Assembly: GCA_963848295.1 (NCBI GenBank)
Contig: CAWKDB010000010.1
Location: 1,184,001-1,248,000, forward strand
DNA from: an uncultured delta proteobacterium
GTDB taxonomy: Bacteria > Myxococcota_A > Polyangia > Haliangiales > Haliangiaceae
DNA: 64,000 nucleotides
Direction: 5' to 3'
Below are positions 43,472 to 52,951 of the stretch, piece by piece. Position numbers and translations under genes: made by a program. Under the pieces are notes generated by a model that was not told the DNA's origin, made no database searches, and saw only the letters and a list, made by a program, of their open reading frames with translations. Within the stretch, counting starts at the first letter, position 1. Every line of letters starts with the position of its first letter.

Positions 43472-44395
43472 TCAGCGTCCGAACGAGTTGCCCTCGCCCG
43501 CGAGCTCGAGGCGCTGCGCTGATTCGGTCGCGGTGTAAACGACAATCGTCCGCACCGTCGCGAACCGCAGGGCGAGCACGACCTCCCGCCGGCCGTCGCC
43601 GTCGACATCGAGGACGCCGAGCACATCGAGCGTCACCGTCGAGTTCGGGTCGCCTTCCGCCGTCAGCTTGACGTCGTAGAGCTGAAACTTCGGAGTACAG
43701 TGCGGGGTCGCGTTTGGCGTCACGGTCCACTCGGCCGCCGGTGCGCGGATGCCGTCGAGCACCCCGGACAGCGGGAAGGCTTCGAGCCGGCCGTCACCAT
43801 CGATATCGACTGCGAGGTTGTCGCCGTCGATGCAAGCGCCGCCGGTCGGGAAGGTCGCGGTCTCGGGCGGATCATCGGGTCGCGCGAGCTCGCCCACCGC
43901 CAGACCGCAGCCTCCCGTCGCGAGGCGGCACGCCGGCTCTTCCGCCCGCGGCGATCCTTGCGTCGTCGTCGGGTTGAGCGCGATCTCGTAGGTGCACGGC
44001 GATGCGCCGACGTAGGTCCCGGTCGCGACCGATAGCCCGGGGGCGAGATCGACCAGTCCCAGGGTGTCGAACGCCCCAGCCATCTTGCCGTCGACCCCAT
44101 AGACGACGAACCGCGGCACGCTGCCGCGCTCGACCACGTCGTCGACGTCGGCGGGCGTATCGGTCCACTGAACGCCGCGCATGACGAGCGGATCGACCGC
44201 CGCGCGGCCGCCTGCCCCCTGCGGACACATCTCCCCGACCACCACGTGCCGCCCGACCTGGGCCGGTTGAATCCTGACCAGCTTTGCAGTTGGAGGCGGT
44301 TCTGGTGGCGGTTCTGGTGGCTTGAAGCTCGGCGCACACGCTATAAGCAGCACGCAACAGGCAACGCGGGGCGTCGAGCCACAGTCTAGAGCCAT
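43472..44395 (-). CDS. Lipoprotein with FG-GAP-like DxDGDG loops
   Basis: LLIAC lipobox; VDIDGDGRLE; LDVDGDGRRE. Confidence 0.7.
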   Translation of the reverse strand: MALDCGSTPRVACCVLLIACAPSFKPPEPPPEPPPTAKLVRIQPAQVGRHVVVGEMCPQGAGGRAAVDPLVMRGVQWTDTPADVDDVVERGSVPRFVVYGVDGKMAGAFDTLGLVDLAPGLSVATGTYVGASPCTYEIALNPTTTQGSPRAEEPACRLATGGCGLAVGELARPDDPPETATFPTGGACIDGDNLAVDIDGDGRLEAFPLSGVLDGIRAPAAEWTVTPNATPHCTPKFQLYDVKLTAEGDPNSTVTLDVLGVLDVDGDGRREVVLALRFATVRTIVVYTATESAQRLELAGEGNSFGR

Positions 44396-44505
44396 CGCAT
44401 GCACCATACGCGTGGGCATCGGACTCGGCCAGAACCCGACCAGATGCTCAGCCCTTGTCGCGCAACTCACTCACCCGACTGATCCTGGAAACCGGCGGCT
44501 TATCC

Positions 44506-46389
44506 ATGCGTTGCTCGACCTCGCGGCTCGGTATTATCTTCGCTTGTATCGTCGGCGCGTCCGGCGTCGCTCGCGCTCAAATGGGCGGCGGCATGGGCGG
44601 CGGCGGCGGCATGGGCGGCATGGGCGGCCCCGGCGGCGCGACCCAGCCGGCCGCCGACGCGAAGAAGGAAGGCGTCGCCGAAGCGGCTCCGAAGGCGGCG
44701 GCCTTGCCGACCACGCCGACGCTCGCGCCCGCGAAGGGTAAGCACAAGCGCTGGCAGCTGCTCGAGCTCGACGGCTACTGGCGGCTGCGCACCGACTGGT
44801 TCAAGAACTTCAACCTCGGCTTCACCGATGATCCGGCGAATCCGTCCGCCACCGGCGGCTCGCCGTTTCCGCGCGCGCTCGGGTGCACGGGCCCGGCCGG
44901 CAGCCCGTGCAATCACGCGCTCGCCGACGCGAACACGCGCCTGCGGTTCGAGCCGGTGTTGCACCTCGACGAAGGCACGTCGGTCCATGTTCAAGCCGAC
45001 GCGCTCGACAACCTCGTGCTCGGCTCGACCCCGGCCGGCGAGAGCTACACCGGCATCTACACCGCCTCGAATCCACCGCCGGTGACGAGCGCGTTCGGCA
45101 ACGGCAACCAGACCACACCGGTGCGCGGCGTCAACAGCGCGACCGATTCGTTCGTCGTCAAGCGCGCGTGGGCCGAGGTCGCCGTTCCGCTCGGCGTCAT
45201 CATGGCCGGTCGCATGCCGCAGAGCTGGGGCATGGGCATCTACTACAACAGCGGCGGCTACGATCCGGTGAGCGGCACGTACGACTACGATGGCGACTAT
45301 GGCGACACGATCGATCGGCTGAGCTTCACCGCGCAGATCCCGGGCACCGACCTCAAAGCGATGATCGCGATGGACTGGGATCTGACGAGCTTGGTGTCGA
45401 GCCAGACCGGCAACAACAAGGGCAACGAAGAGCACCCGTACGATCTCGACGACTCGAGCGACACCAACGGCTGGGTCGCCGAGATCTCGCGCATCGACTC
45501 GCCCCAAGAGTTCAAAGACAGGGTCGACCGCGGCGACACCGCGATCAACTGGGGTGTCCACTTCGAGTACAAGACGCAGAGCTGGGCCGAAGATCTCACC
45601 GGCTACACCCTGGGCACCCCGTTCGACAGCGCGGACCACTACGTGCCGCGCAACCTCACGAGCTACACCGGCGACCTGTTCGGCAGGCTCGGCATCGCCA
45701 GCGTCGTCGTCGAGGGTGAATTCGTCGGTCAGATCGGCTCGGTCGACAACCTGCAGAACCTCACGACCCCGGCGACGTACACGACCGAGAACATCCGCAA
45801 GTTCGGAGGCGCGGTGCGCGGCGCGTGGCACGATCACGATCAAAAGCTCAAGGTCGGGATCGAGTCCGGGTTCGCCACGGGCGATCAATGGGACAACAAG
45901 CCGCAGGGCAACACGAACATCGCCTACGCGAACCTGTTGGGCTCGCCGGCCGAGTGCAGCAGCACGACGATCACGACCGCGCAGTGCTCGTTGACTCAGT
46001 TCATGTTCAACCCCGAGTACAAGATCGATCTGATCCTGTGGCGGCGGCTGATCGGTGCGGTGACGAACGCGGCCTACTTCAAGCCGTTCATCCAGTACCA
46101 GCTGACCCGAGGCCTGACCGTGAAGCTCGCCGATGTCACGTCGATCGCGTTGAAGCCGGTCGCCACGCCCGGCAACAAGACCTTGTACGGCACCGAGATC
46201 GACGGCGATATCGGCTACAACTCCGGCCATCTGTTCGCCGGCGTCTCGGCCGGCGTGCTGCTACCGGGCGCCGCGATGGATCACCCGGACGCGGGCGGCG
46301 CGCAGGGCCCGGGCTTCGGCTACGGCACCGACACCGGCAACGCGACCACCGCGTACGCGATCCAGACCCGCTTGGTGCTGGCGTTCTAA
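44506..46389 (+). CDS. Outer-membrane beta-barrel, TIGR04551-like, copy 1
   Basis: Signal peptide; LDGYWRLR, ANTRLRFEP, VKRAWAEV, GRMPQSWGMG; C-terminal Phe. Confidence 0.78.
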   Translation: MRCSTSRLGIIFACIVGASGVARAQMGGGMGGGGGMGGMGGPGGATQPAADAKKEGVAEAAPKAAALPTTPTLAPAKGKHKRWQLLELDGYWRLRTDWFKNFNLGFTDDPANPSATGGSPFPRALGCTGPAGSPCNHALADANTRLRFEPVLHLDEGTSVHVQADALDNLVLGSTPAGESYTGIYTASNPPPVTSAFGNGNQTTPVRGVNSATDSFVVKRAWAEVAVPLGVIMAGRMPQSWGMGIYYNSGGYDPVSGTYDYDGDYGDTIDRLSFTAQIPGTDLKAMIAMDWDLTSLVSSQTGNNKGNEEHPYDLDDSSDTNGWVAEISRIDSPQEFKDRVDRGDTAINWGVHFEYKTQSWAEDLTGYTLGTPFDSADHYVPRNLTSYTGDLFGRLGIASVVVEGEFVGQIGSVDNLQNLTTPATYTTENIRKFGGAVRGAWHDHDQKLKVGIESGFATGDQWDNKPQGNTNIAYANLLGSPAECSSTTITTAQCSLTQFMFNPEYKIDLILWRRLIGAVTNAAYFKPFIQYQLTRGLTVKLADVTSIALKPVATPGNKTLYGTEIDGDIGYNSGHLFAGVSAGVLLPGAAMDHPDAGGAQGPGFGYGTDTGNATTAYAIQTRLVLAF

Positions 46390-46457
46390 GGCAACGCGAG
46401 ATGTCGAGCCCTGGTCTAGAGCTACCTGCCTCCCGCCGAGATCCGCACCGGGTTGGA

Positions 46458-46486
46458 TTGACCGGTCATGGGGTGCTGTCTATAGT
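46458..46486 (+). promoter_or_regulatory. Sigma70-type promoter
   Basis: TTGACC-17 nt-TATAGT upstream of 46525. Confidence 0.7.
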
Positions 46487-46524
46487 CCGCCCGCCGCAGC
46501 TGCCGTAAAACCTTCGACTTATCC

Positions 46525-48420
46525 ATGCGTTACTCAATCTCTCGAGCTGTGGTCGGCATCGCGTGCATCGCCGCGGCGGCCGGCACCGCGCGCGCCCAGC
46601 TCGGCCCCGGCAGCGGACTCCCGGGCGTCGGATCCGGCAGCGCAACCGGCACGGCACTGGCTCCCGAGGACAAGCAAGACACCTCGGTCGAGGCTCCGAA
46701 GGTGGCGTTGCTGCCGACCACGCCCGCGCTGCCGCCGATGCACGCGCGCAAGAAGCACTGGAAGCTGCTCGAGCTCGGCGGCTACTGGCGGATGCGAACC
46801 GACTGGTTCAAGAACTTCAACCTCAACTACATCGACGACCCGGCGAACCCGATCTACGGCGGCTCGCCGTGGCCGCGCGCGCTCGGCTGCACCGCGACCG
46901 AGGTCAACCATCCGTGTGACGACTCGCTCGCGAGCGCGAACATGCGGCTGCGCCTCGAGCCGGTGTTCAACATCGACGAAGGCACGTCGGTGCACGTCCA
47001 GGCGGATGCGCTCGACAACCTGTTGCTCGGCTCGACCCCGACTGGCGAGGCCTACAACAACATCTACACGACCGCGAACCCGCCGCCGCTCACCGGTGCG
47101 TTCAACAACGGCAATCAGTCGCCGCCGGTCAAGGGCGTCAACAACGTGAGCGACTCGTTCGCCATCAAGCGCGCCTGGGCGGAGGTCGCGACGCCGATCG
47201 GCATCGTCAAGGCCGGCCGGATGCCGAACAGCTGGGGCATGGGCATCTATCACAACAGCGGCGGCTACGACCCGATCAGCGGCGACTACGACTACGACGG
47301 CGACTACGGCGACACCGTCGATCGCCTGAGCTTCTCGGCGGCGATTCCGGGCACGCCGCTGCGCGCGATGATCGCCGCCGATTGGGATCTGACGCGGCTC
47401 GTGTCGAGCCAGACCAGCGAGAACGTCGCGGCGCAGGAGCGGCCTTACGATCTCGACGACGCCAGCGACACGAACGGCTACGTCGCGGTGATCTCGAAGC
47501 TCGACTCGCCGCAGGACTTCAAAGATACGGTCGACCGCGGCGACACCGCGCTCAATTATGGCACCTACCTGGAATACAAGAGCCAGAAGTGGGACGAGGA
47601 CCTGACCGGTTTTACCGAGGGCGGCACGTTCGATAGCGCCGATCACTACATCCCTCGCAACTTGAAGAGCTACACCGCTGACCTGTGGGGCAAGGTCGCG
47701 TTCGGCGGCTCCTTGTTCGAAGGCGAGTTCGTCGGCCAGTTCGGCTCGGTCGAGAATCTGCAGAACCTCACCGCGCCCGACGCCTACACGACCGAGCGGA
47801 TCCGCAAGTTCGGCGGCGCGCTGCGGTTCACGTACAAGGCGCTCGATAACAAGCTCAAGGTCGGGCTCGAGGCGGGCTTCGCGACCGGCGACCAGTGGGA
47901 CAACACGCCGCAAGGCAACACGAACATCGCGTACGCGAACTTGCTCGGCGAGCCGAGCCTGTGCAGCAGCCCGAACTCGCAGCAATCGAACTGCACGTTG
48001 ACGCAGTTCATGTTCAACCCCGAGTACAAGGTCGACCTGATCCTGTGGCGCCGGTTGATCGGCGCGGTCACCAACGCGGCGTACTTCAAGCCGTTCATCT
48101 CGTACGAGATCACGAAGGGCCTGGTCGTCAAGCTCTGGGACGTGACGTCGATCGCGCTGAGACCGGTGTCCACGCCGGGCAACTCGCTGACCTACGGCAC
48201 CGAAATCGACGCCGACATCGGCTATCAGACCGGCCATCTCTACACCGGGATCTCGGGCGGCGTGCTGTTCCCGTTCGGCGCGATGTCGCATCCGGAGGAT
48301 TCGACCGATGTCCAAGGCCCCGGCTTCGGCTACGGCTCGAACACGACCACCGGCGAGCTCAACTACGGCGATCCGGGCACCGCCTACGCGGTCCAGACCC
48401 GCCTCGTCCTCGCATTCTAG
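46525..48420 (+). CDS. Outer-membrane beta-barrel, TIGR04551-like, copy 2
   Basis: Collinear paralog of 44506-46389; both end QTRLVLAF. Confidence 0.78.
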   Translation: MRYSISRAVVGIACIAAAAGTARAQLGPGSGLPGVGSGSATGTALAPEDKQDTSVEAPKVALLPTTPALPPMHARKKHWKLLELGGYWRMRTDWFKNFNLNYIDDPANPIYGGSPWPRALGCTATEVNHPCDDSLASANMRLRLEPVFNIDEGTSVHVQADALDNLLLGSTPTGEAYNNIYTTANPPPLTGAFNNGNQSPPVKGVNNVSDSFAIKRAWAEVATPIGIVKAGRMPNSWGMGIYHNSGGYDPISGDYDYDGDYGDTVDRLSFSAAIPGTPLRAMIAADWDLTRLVSSQTSENVAAQERPYDLDDASDTNGYVAVISKLDSPQDFKDTVDRGDTALNYGTYLEYKSQKWDEDLTGFTEGGTFDSADHYIPRNLKSYTADLWGKVAFGGSLFEGEFVGQFGSVENLQNLTAPDAYTTERIRKFGGALRFTYKALDNKLKVGLEAGFATGDQWDNTPQGNTNIAYANLLGEPSLCSSPNSQQSNCTLTQFMFNPEYKVDLILWRRLIGAVTNAAYFKPFISYEITKGLVVKLWDVTSIALRPVSTPGNSLTYGTEIDADIGYQTGHLYTGISGGVLFPFGAMSHPEDSTDVQGPGFGYGSNTTTGELNYGDPGTAYAVQTRLVLAF

Positions 48421-48424
48421 CCCT

Positions 48425-48523
48425 GGTGACGCTGTCTCTTTTGTCACCTTGCTAACGATAGCCCGGCGCTAACCTCAACAACTGCGCGGCATTTGCTGGG
48501 GACGCTGTCTCTTTTGTCACCTT
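48425..48523 (+). repeat. Pair of 26-nt palindromic repeats, period 73 nt
   Basis: gg[t/g]gacgctgtctcttttgtcacctt at 48425 and 48498. Confidence 0.9.
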
Positions 48524-48614
48524 ACGATGCTGCGAGGCGCCGAACCTAGCTGTGGATCTAGCTAATCGATCTGGCCGCAGTTTCCGGTCGACGCAGTTCT
48601 AGTACGGTCCGCTC

Positions 48615-49463
48615 GTGACGTACGACGACGCGGTCCGCGAGCTGGCTCGAGCTCCGCTCGCGCAGTTCGTCGCGGAGCGCAAGCGGCTCGTCGGCGAGCT
48701 CCGCACCGCCGGTGACCGCGATGGCTCGGCGCTGCTCGCGAAGCGCGCTCGCCCTGCGGTTTCGGTGTGGGCGGTCAATCAGCTGTACTGGCAAGCGCGC
48801 GACGCGTTCGATGCGGTGCTCGCGACCGGCGCTCGGCTGCGGCGCGGCGAGCTCGCGGCGAACGCGGATCATCGCGATGCGCTCGCGGCGCTGCGGCGAC
48901 GCGCGATCGCGATCCTGACCGCCGCGGGTCACAGCGCCGTCGAAGCGACCCTGCGCCGGACGATGGCGACGCTCGCCGCGATCGCCGCGCACGGTGGGTT
49001 CGAACCGGATCTCGCAGGCGCATTGACCGCGGATCGCGATCCGCCGGGCTTCGAGCTCGCCGTGCCGGCAACAACCGGGGGCGCAGCACGGCCCGCGCCT
49101 CCCCGACCGGCGGCACCCGATCGCGCTGCTCGCGGCGAAGCCGAGCGTTCCGAAGCCCAGCCCGCCGCGGCCCAGCGTGCCGCCGCCCAGCGTGCCGCCG
49201 CCCAGCGCGCCGAAGCCCAGCGTGCCGACGCCCAACGTGCTGCCGCCGAAGCCGAGATGGCCCGCCGTCTCGCCGCAGCGCGCGAGCGGCTGGAAGCGGC
49301 GCTGCGCACCGCGCTTGGTGAAGGCGACGCCAAGGTTCGCGCGGTCGCCGCGCTTCGCGAGCAGCTCGTCGCCGCCGAGGCTGCGGTCGCAGCGACGCGC
49401 GCGACGATCGCCGATCTCGAGCGCGAGCTCGCTGCGCTGCCCACGCCGATTCGGCGCGGGTAA
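48615..49463 (+). CDS. Hypothetical helical protein with AQRAA repeats
   Basis: FVAERKRL...RPAVSVWAVNQL; six 15-nt units at 49155-49244; C-terminal coiled coil. Confidence 0.75.
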   Translation: MTYDDAVRELARAPLAQFVAERKRLVGELRTAGDRDGSALLAKRARPAVSVWAVNQLYWQARDAFDAVLATGARLRRGELAANADHRDALAALRRRAIAILTAAGHSAVEATLRRTMATLAAIAAHGGFEPDLAGALTADRDPPGFELAVPATTGGAARPAPPRPAAPDRAARGEAERSEAQPAAAQRAAAQRAAAQRAEAQRADAQRAAAEAEMARRLAAARERLEAALRTALGEGDAKVRAVAALREQLVAAEAAVAATRATIADLERELAALPTPIRRG

Positions 49464-49581
49464 TCACAGCGGCACGCTCGATCACAGGATCGCGTCACGA
49501 CCTGGTCACGTTCTGACGAGACGGTCGCGACGTGTTTCGATCATGTAACGCGATCCTCCTGCCGCCACCCACACTGCGAAC

Positions 49582-50442
49582 ATGTCCGCACGTGAGGTTC
49601 CGTACTGGGTGCGCCGCCTGCCGTTCTGGTTCGTCCATGTGGCGGCGCTGGTCGGCGCGATCTGGGTCGGCTGGAGCTGGCAAGCCTGTGCGTGGCTGCT
49701 CGGCGGCTACGCGGTGCGGATGTTCGCGGTCACCGCGGGCTTCCATCGCTACTTCGCGCACCGCTCGTTCAAGACCAGTCGAGCGTTCCAGCTCGTGCTC
49801 GCGGTGCTCGGCATGGGTGCGGCGCAGCAGGGCCCGATCTGGTGGGCGAGCCATCACCGCCGCCACCACAAGTTCTCCGACGAACCCGGCGACACGCACT
49901 CGCCTCGTCAGGGCGGATTGTGGTGGGCGCACCTCGGCTGGGTGCTCTCCAACAAGTGGGAGAAGACCGAGCACGAGCTCGTCCGCGACCTCGAGCGCTA
50001 TCCCGAGCTGCGATGGGTCGACGGGCACGATGCGGTGTTCGTGATCGGTTACGGCATCTTGCTCTACGTGTTAGGCGGGCCGACCGCGCTGATCTGGGGT
50101 CACTTCGTCGCGATGGTCGCGTGCTGGCACGTGACGTTCTGCATCAACTCGCTCGCGCACGTGTGGGGGCGGCGGCGCTATGCGACCGACGACGACTCGC
50201 GCAACAACGCCCTGCTCGCGGTGCTGACGTTCGGCGAGGGCTGGCACAACAACCACCACTACTACCAGCGCTCGGCGCGCCAGGGCTTCCACTGGTGGCA
50301 GATCGACATCAGCTATTACGTGCTCAAGCTCCTCGAGCTCGTCCACCTCGTGCGCGACGTCGAGGGCGTGCCTGCCCACGTTCGCGACGTCGTGATACCG
50401 GTGCCGGTGCTCGTGCCCGCAGTCGTCGCGGCGAAACTGTAG
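49582..50442 (+). CDS. Membrane acyl-CoA/fatty acid desaturase (delta-9 type)
   Basis: His boxes HRYFAH, HHRRHH, GEGWHNNHH. Confidence 0.93.
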   Translation: MSAREVPYWVRRLPFWFVHVAALVGAIWVGWSWQACAWLLGGYAVRMFAVTAGFHRYFAHRSFKTSRAFQLVLAVLGMGAAQQGPIWWASHHRRHHKFSDEPGDTHSPRQGGLWWAHLGWVLSNKWEKTEHELVRDLERYPELRWVDGHDAVFVIGYGILLYVLGGPTALIWGHFVAMVACWHVTFCINSLAHVWGRRRYATDDDSRNNALLAVLTFGEGWHNNHHYYQRSARQGFHWWQIDISYYVLKLLELVHLVRDVEGVPAHVRDVVIPVPVLVPAVVAAKL

Positions 50443-50450
50443 CCCACGGT

Positions 50451-50870
50451 CTGCCCGCGCGACCAGAGCGGTACCTTGGTCCCAAGCGCGTAACTTCCAA
50501 GCCGATCATCATGCGCCGGCGCACCTAAACGCGAGCACCGCCCATGGTCCCGCACCGCCGGCCGCGCGCCGCGCGCCGCGGACCCAAGCGTACCGCTCCA
50601 GCGCGCGCTGCCGCGAGGGCGCGATGCTGCGATAGGGCGCCGCCGCGACGGCGCGAGACCGCGACAGAGCACGCTGCAGCGAGGGCGCGGCTGCGCGCGC
50701 GACCAGAGCGGTACCTTGGTCCCAAGCGCGTAACTTCCAAGCCGATCATCATGCGCCGGCGCACCTAAACGCGATGCACCGCCCATGGTCCCGCACCGCC
50801 GGCCGCGCGCCGCGCGCAGGGACCCAAGCGTACCGCTCCAGCGCGCGCTGCCGCGAGGGCGCGATGCTGC
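50451..50870. repeat. Two ~180-nt structured repeats, period 240 nt (REPIN/MITE-like)
   Basis: 50451-50630 is nearly identical to 50691-50870; each copy has imperfect terminal inverted repeats. Confidence 0.9.
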
Positions 50871-50904
50871 CGCGACTCGCGATGCTGCCGCGAGAACGCG
50901 AAGG

Positions 50905-52269
50905 TCAGAGCGCGGCGATCGCCGCGACGAGGCGATCGACCGGCACGAGCTCCATGCCACCGGCATCCGCGATCCGCTGTGCGTTCTGCGCTGGAACAAT
51001 GGCGCGCTTGAACCCGAGCCGTGCCGCCTCGGCGAGCCGTTGCTCGCATAGTGGGACCGCCCGGATCTCGCCGGCGAGCCCGACCTCGCCGAACACCACG
51101 GTGTGCGCATCGATCGCGCGGCCGCGCACCGACGACGCGACCGCACACGCGACGCCGAGATCGATCGCCGGCTCGCCGAGCCGCAAGCCGCCAGCGACGT
51201 TGACGAACACGTCGCGATCGAGCACATCGCACTGCGCGCGTTGCGCGAGCACGGCCAACAACAGCGCGACGCGATTGCCATCGACGCCCGCCGCCGTGCG
51301 CCTGCCGAAGCCCGCGCTCGCCGGCGCGACGAGCGCTTGGATCTCGACGAGCAACGGCCGTGCGCCATCCGCGGACGCCACCACGACCGACCCCGGCGCG
51401 CCGATCGGCCGCTCCGCGAGCAGGTGCGCCGACGGGTTCGCGACCTCGGCCATCCCGCCGCCTCGCATCTCGAACACGCCGATCTCCTGGGTCGAGCCGA
51501 ACCGATTCTTGTGCGCGCGCAAGATCCGATACGGCCCGCCATCGCCCTCGAGCTGGAGCACGACATCGACGATGTGCTCGAGCGTCTTGGGGCCGGCGAG
51601 CCCGCCGTCCTTCGTGACGTGCCCGACGAGCACGGTCGGCGTGCCGGTCGTCTTCGCGTACTGCATCAGCCGGCTCGCGCACTCGCGGACCTGCGCGAGC
51701 GAGCCCGGGATCGAATCGAGCAGCGGCGTGTAGACCGTCTGGATCGAGTCGACCGCGAGGATCGCCGGCCGCGCCGCCTGCGCGTGCGCGACGATCCGTT
51801 CGACATCGGTCTCCGACACGATCGACAGCTCGGCCTTCGCCGCGCCGACCCGGCGCGCGCGCATCGCGGTCTGCGCGATCGACTCCTCGCCGGTCGCGTA
51901 CAGCACGGCCTTGCCCGCGGCGAGCCCGGCGAGCGCCTGGACGAGCAACGTCGACTTGCCGATGCCCGGGTCGCCGCCGAGCAACACGAGGCTGCCCGCG
52001 ACCAGGCCGCCGCCGAGCACGCGATCGAGCTCCGCGATGCCGGTGCGCTGGCGATGTGCGCCGTCGATCTCGCCGACCTCGGTGATCGCGACCGGCGCGC
52101 GGCCATCGGCGACGCCGGCTGCGCTCGGACGCGGCGGCGTCGGGCCGCCCATCTCCTCGACCAGCGAGCTCCACTCCTTGCACGCGGGACAGCGGCCGAG
52201 CCACTTCGCCTCGATGTGGCCGCACGCCTGGCAGGCGTACACGCTGCGGGCGGGCTTGACCTTCGCCAT
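50905..52269 (-). CDS. radA: DNA repair protein RadA/Sms
   Basis: CQACG...CPAC zinc finger, GGDPGIGKST, KNRFG, Lon-like C-terminus. Confidence 0.97.
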   Translation of the reverse strand: MAKVKPARSVYACQACGHIEAKWLGRCPACKEWSSLVEEMGGPTPPRPSAAGVADGRAPVAITEVGEIDGAHRQRTGIAELDRVLGGGLVAGSLVLLGGDPGIGKSTLLVQALAGLAAGKAVLYATGEESIAQTAMRARRVGAAKAELSIVSETDVERIVAHAQAARPAILAVDSIQTVYTPLLDSIPGSLAQVRECASRLMQYAKTTGTPTVLVGHVTKDGGLAGPKTLEHIVDVVLQLEGDGGPYRILRAHKNRFGSTQEIGVFEMRGGGMAEVANPSAHLLAERPIGAPGSVVVASADGARPLLVEIQALVAPASAGFGRRTAAGVDGNRVALLLAVLAQRAQCDVLDRDVFVNVAGGLRLGEPAIDLGVACAVASSVRGRAIDAHTVVFGEVGLAGEIRAVPLCEQRLAEAARLGFKRAIVPAQNAQRIADAGGMELVPVDRLVAAIAAL

Positions 52270-52305
52270 GCGCCACCTTACGCGCCGGGTCTGACGGCGC
52301 CGGCG

Positions 52306-52932
52306 TCAGGACCGGCGCGCGTGGATCACGGCGTCGACACCGCTGCCGGCAGCCGCTCGCGGACGGTCCTCGGCGACGATCACCTCCCACGCGCGCGGAT
52401 CCAGCGCGCGGGTCGCGGCCTCGATCGAGACCTGGACCTGGCCGGCGGCCGCGGTCGCAGCTCCGGTCGCCGGGTCGACGGGTCGATGGCCGACCATCAA
52501 CAATGTCCCGCCTGGTGCGACCCCACTCGCGATCCGGCGGATCATCTCGTCCACGGATCCCGCCACGTGGACATACAAGCAGATCACGAGCTCGTAGTGC
52601 TCCGGCGTCGCGGCCCACGATGCGAGGTCGCCCTCGATCCAGTCGACGCGCGCCGCGACCCCAGCCCCGAGGGCCTCGGCCGTAGACCGCCCGTGCGCCA
52701 GTGCGGATCCCGAGAAGTCGACCGCGGTGACCAGCCACCCGTGCGCGGCGAGCCACAGCGCGTCGGCGCCATGGCCGCAACCGGCGTCGAGCGCCCGCCC
52801 CGGGCGAAGGCCGCCGACCTCGGCGATCAGCTGCGCGTTCGGCGGGCGGTGCGCGACCTTGTCCGGGTGCTCGCGTAACGTCTTCGCCCACAGCTGCTCC
52901 CAGAACGATCGATCGTACGCCGGCTTCGTCAC
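52306..52932 (-). CDS. Class I SAM-dependent methyltransferase
   Basis: RALDAGCGHGADALWLA...VTAVDFS. Confidence 0.9.
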   Translation of the reverse strand: MTKPAYDRSFWEQLWAKTLREHPDKVAHRPPNAQLIAEVGGLRPGRALDAGCGHGADALWLAAHGWLVTAVDFSGSALAHGRSTAEALGAGVAARVDWIEGDLASWAATPEHYELVICLYVHVAGSVDEMIRRIASGVAPGGTLLMVGHRPVDPATGAATAAAGQVQVSIEAATRALDPRAWEVIVAEDRPRAAAGSGVDAVIHARRS

Positions 52933-52951
52933 GACGTCGGCTCGTGACCGA

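Noticed and set aside
48425..48523. CRISPR array
   Set aside because: Only two repeats per locus, ~47-nt spacers, no leader and no cas genes in the window; kept as an unclassified repeat.
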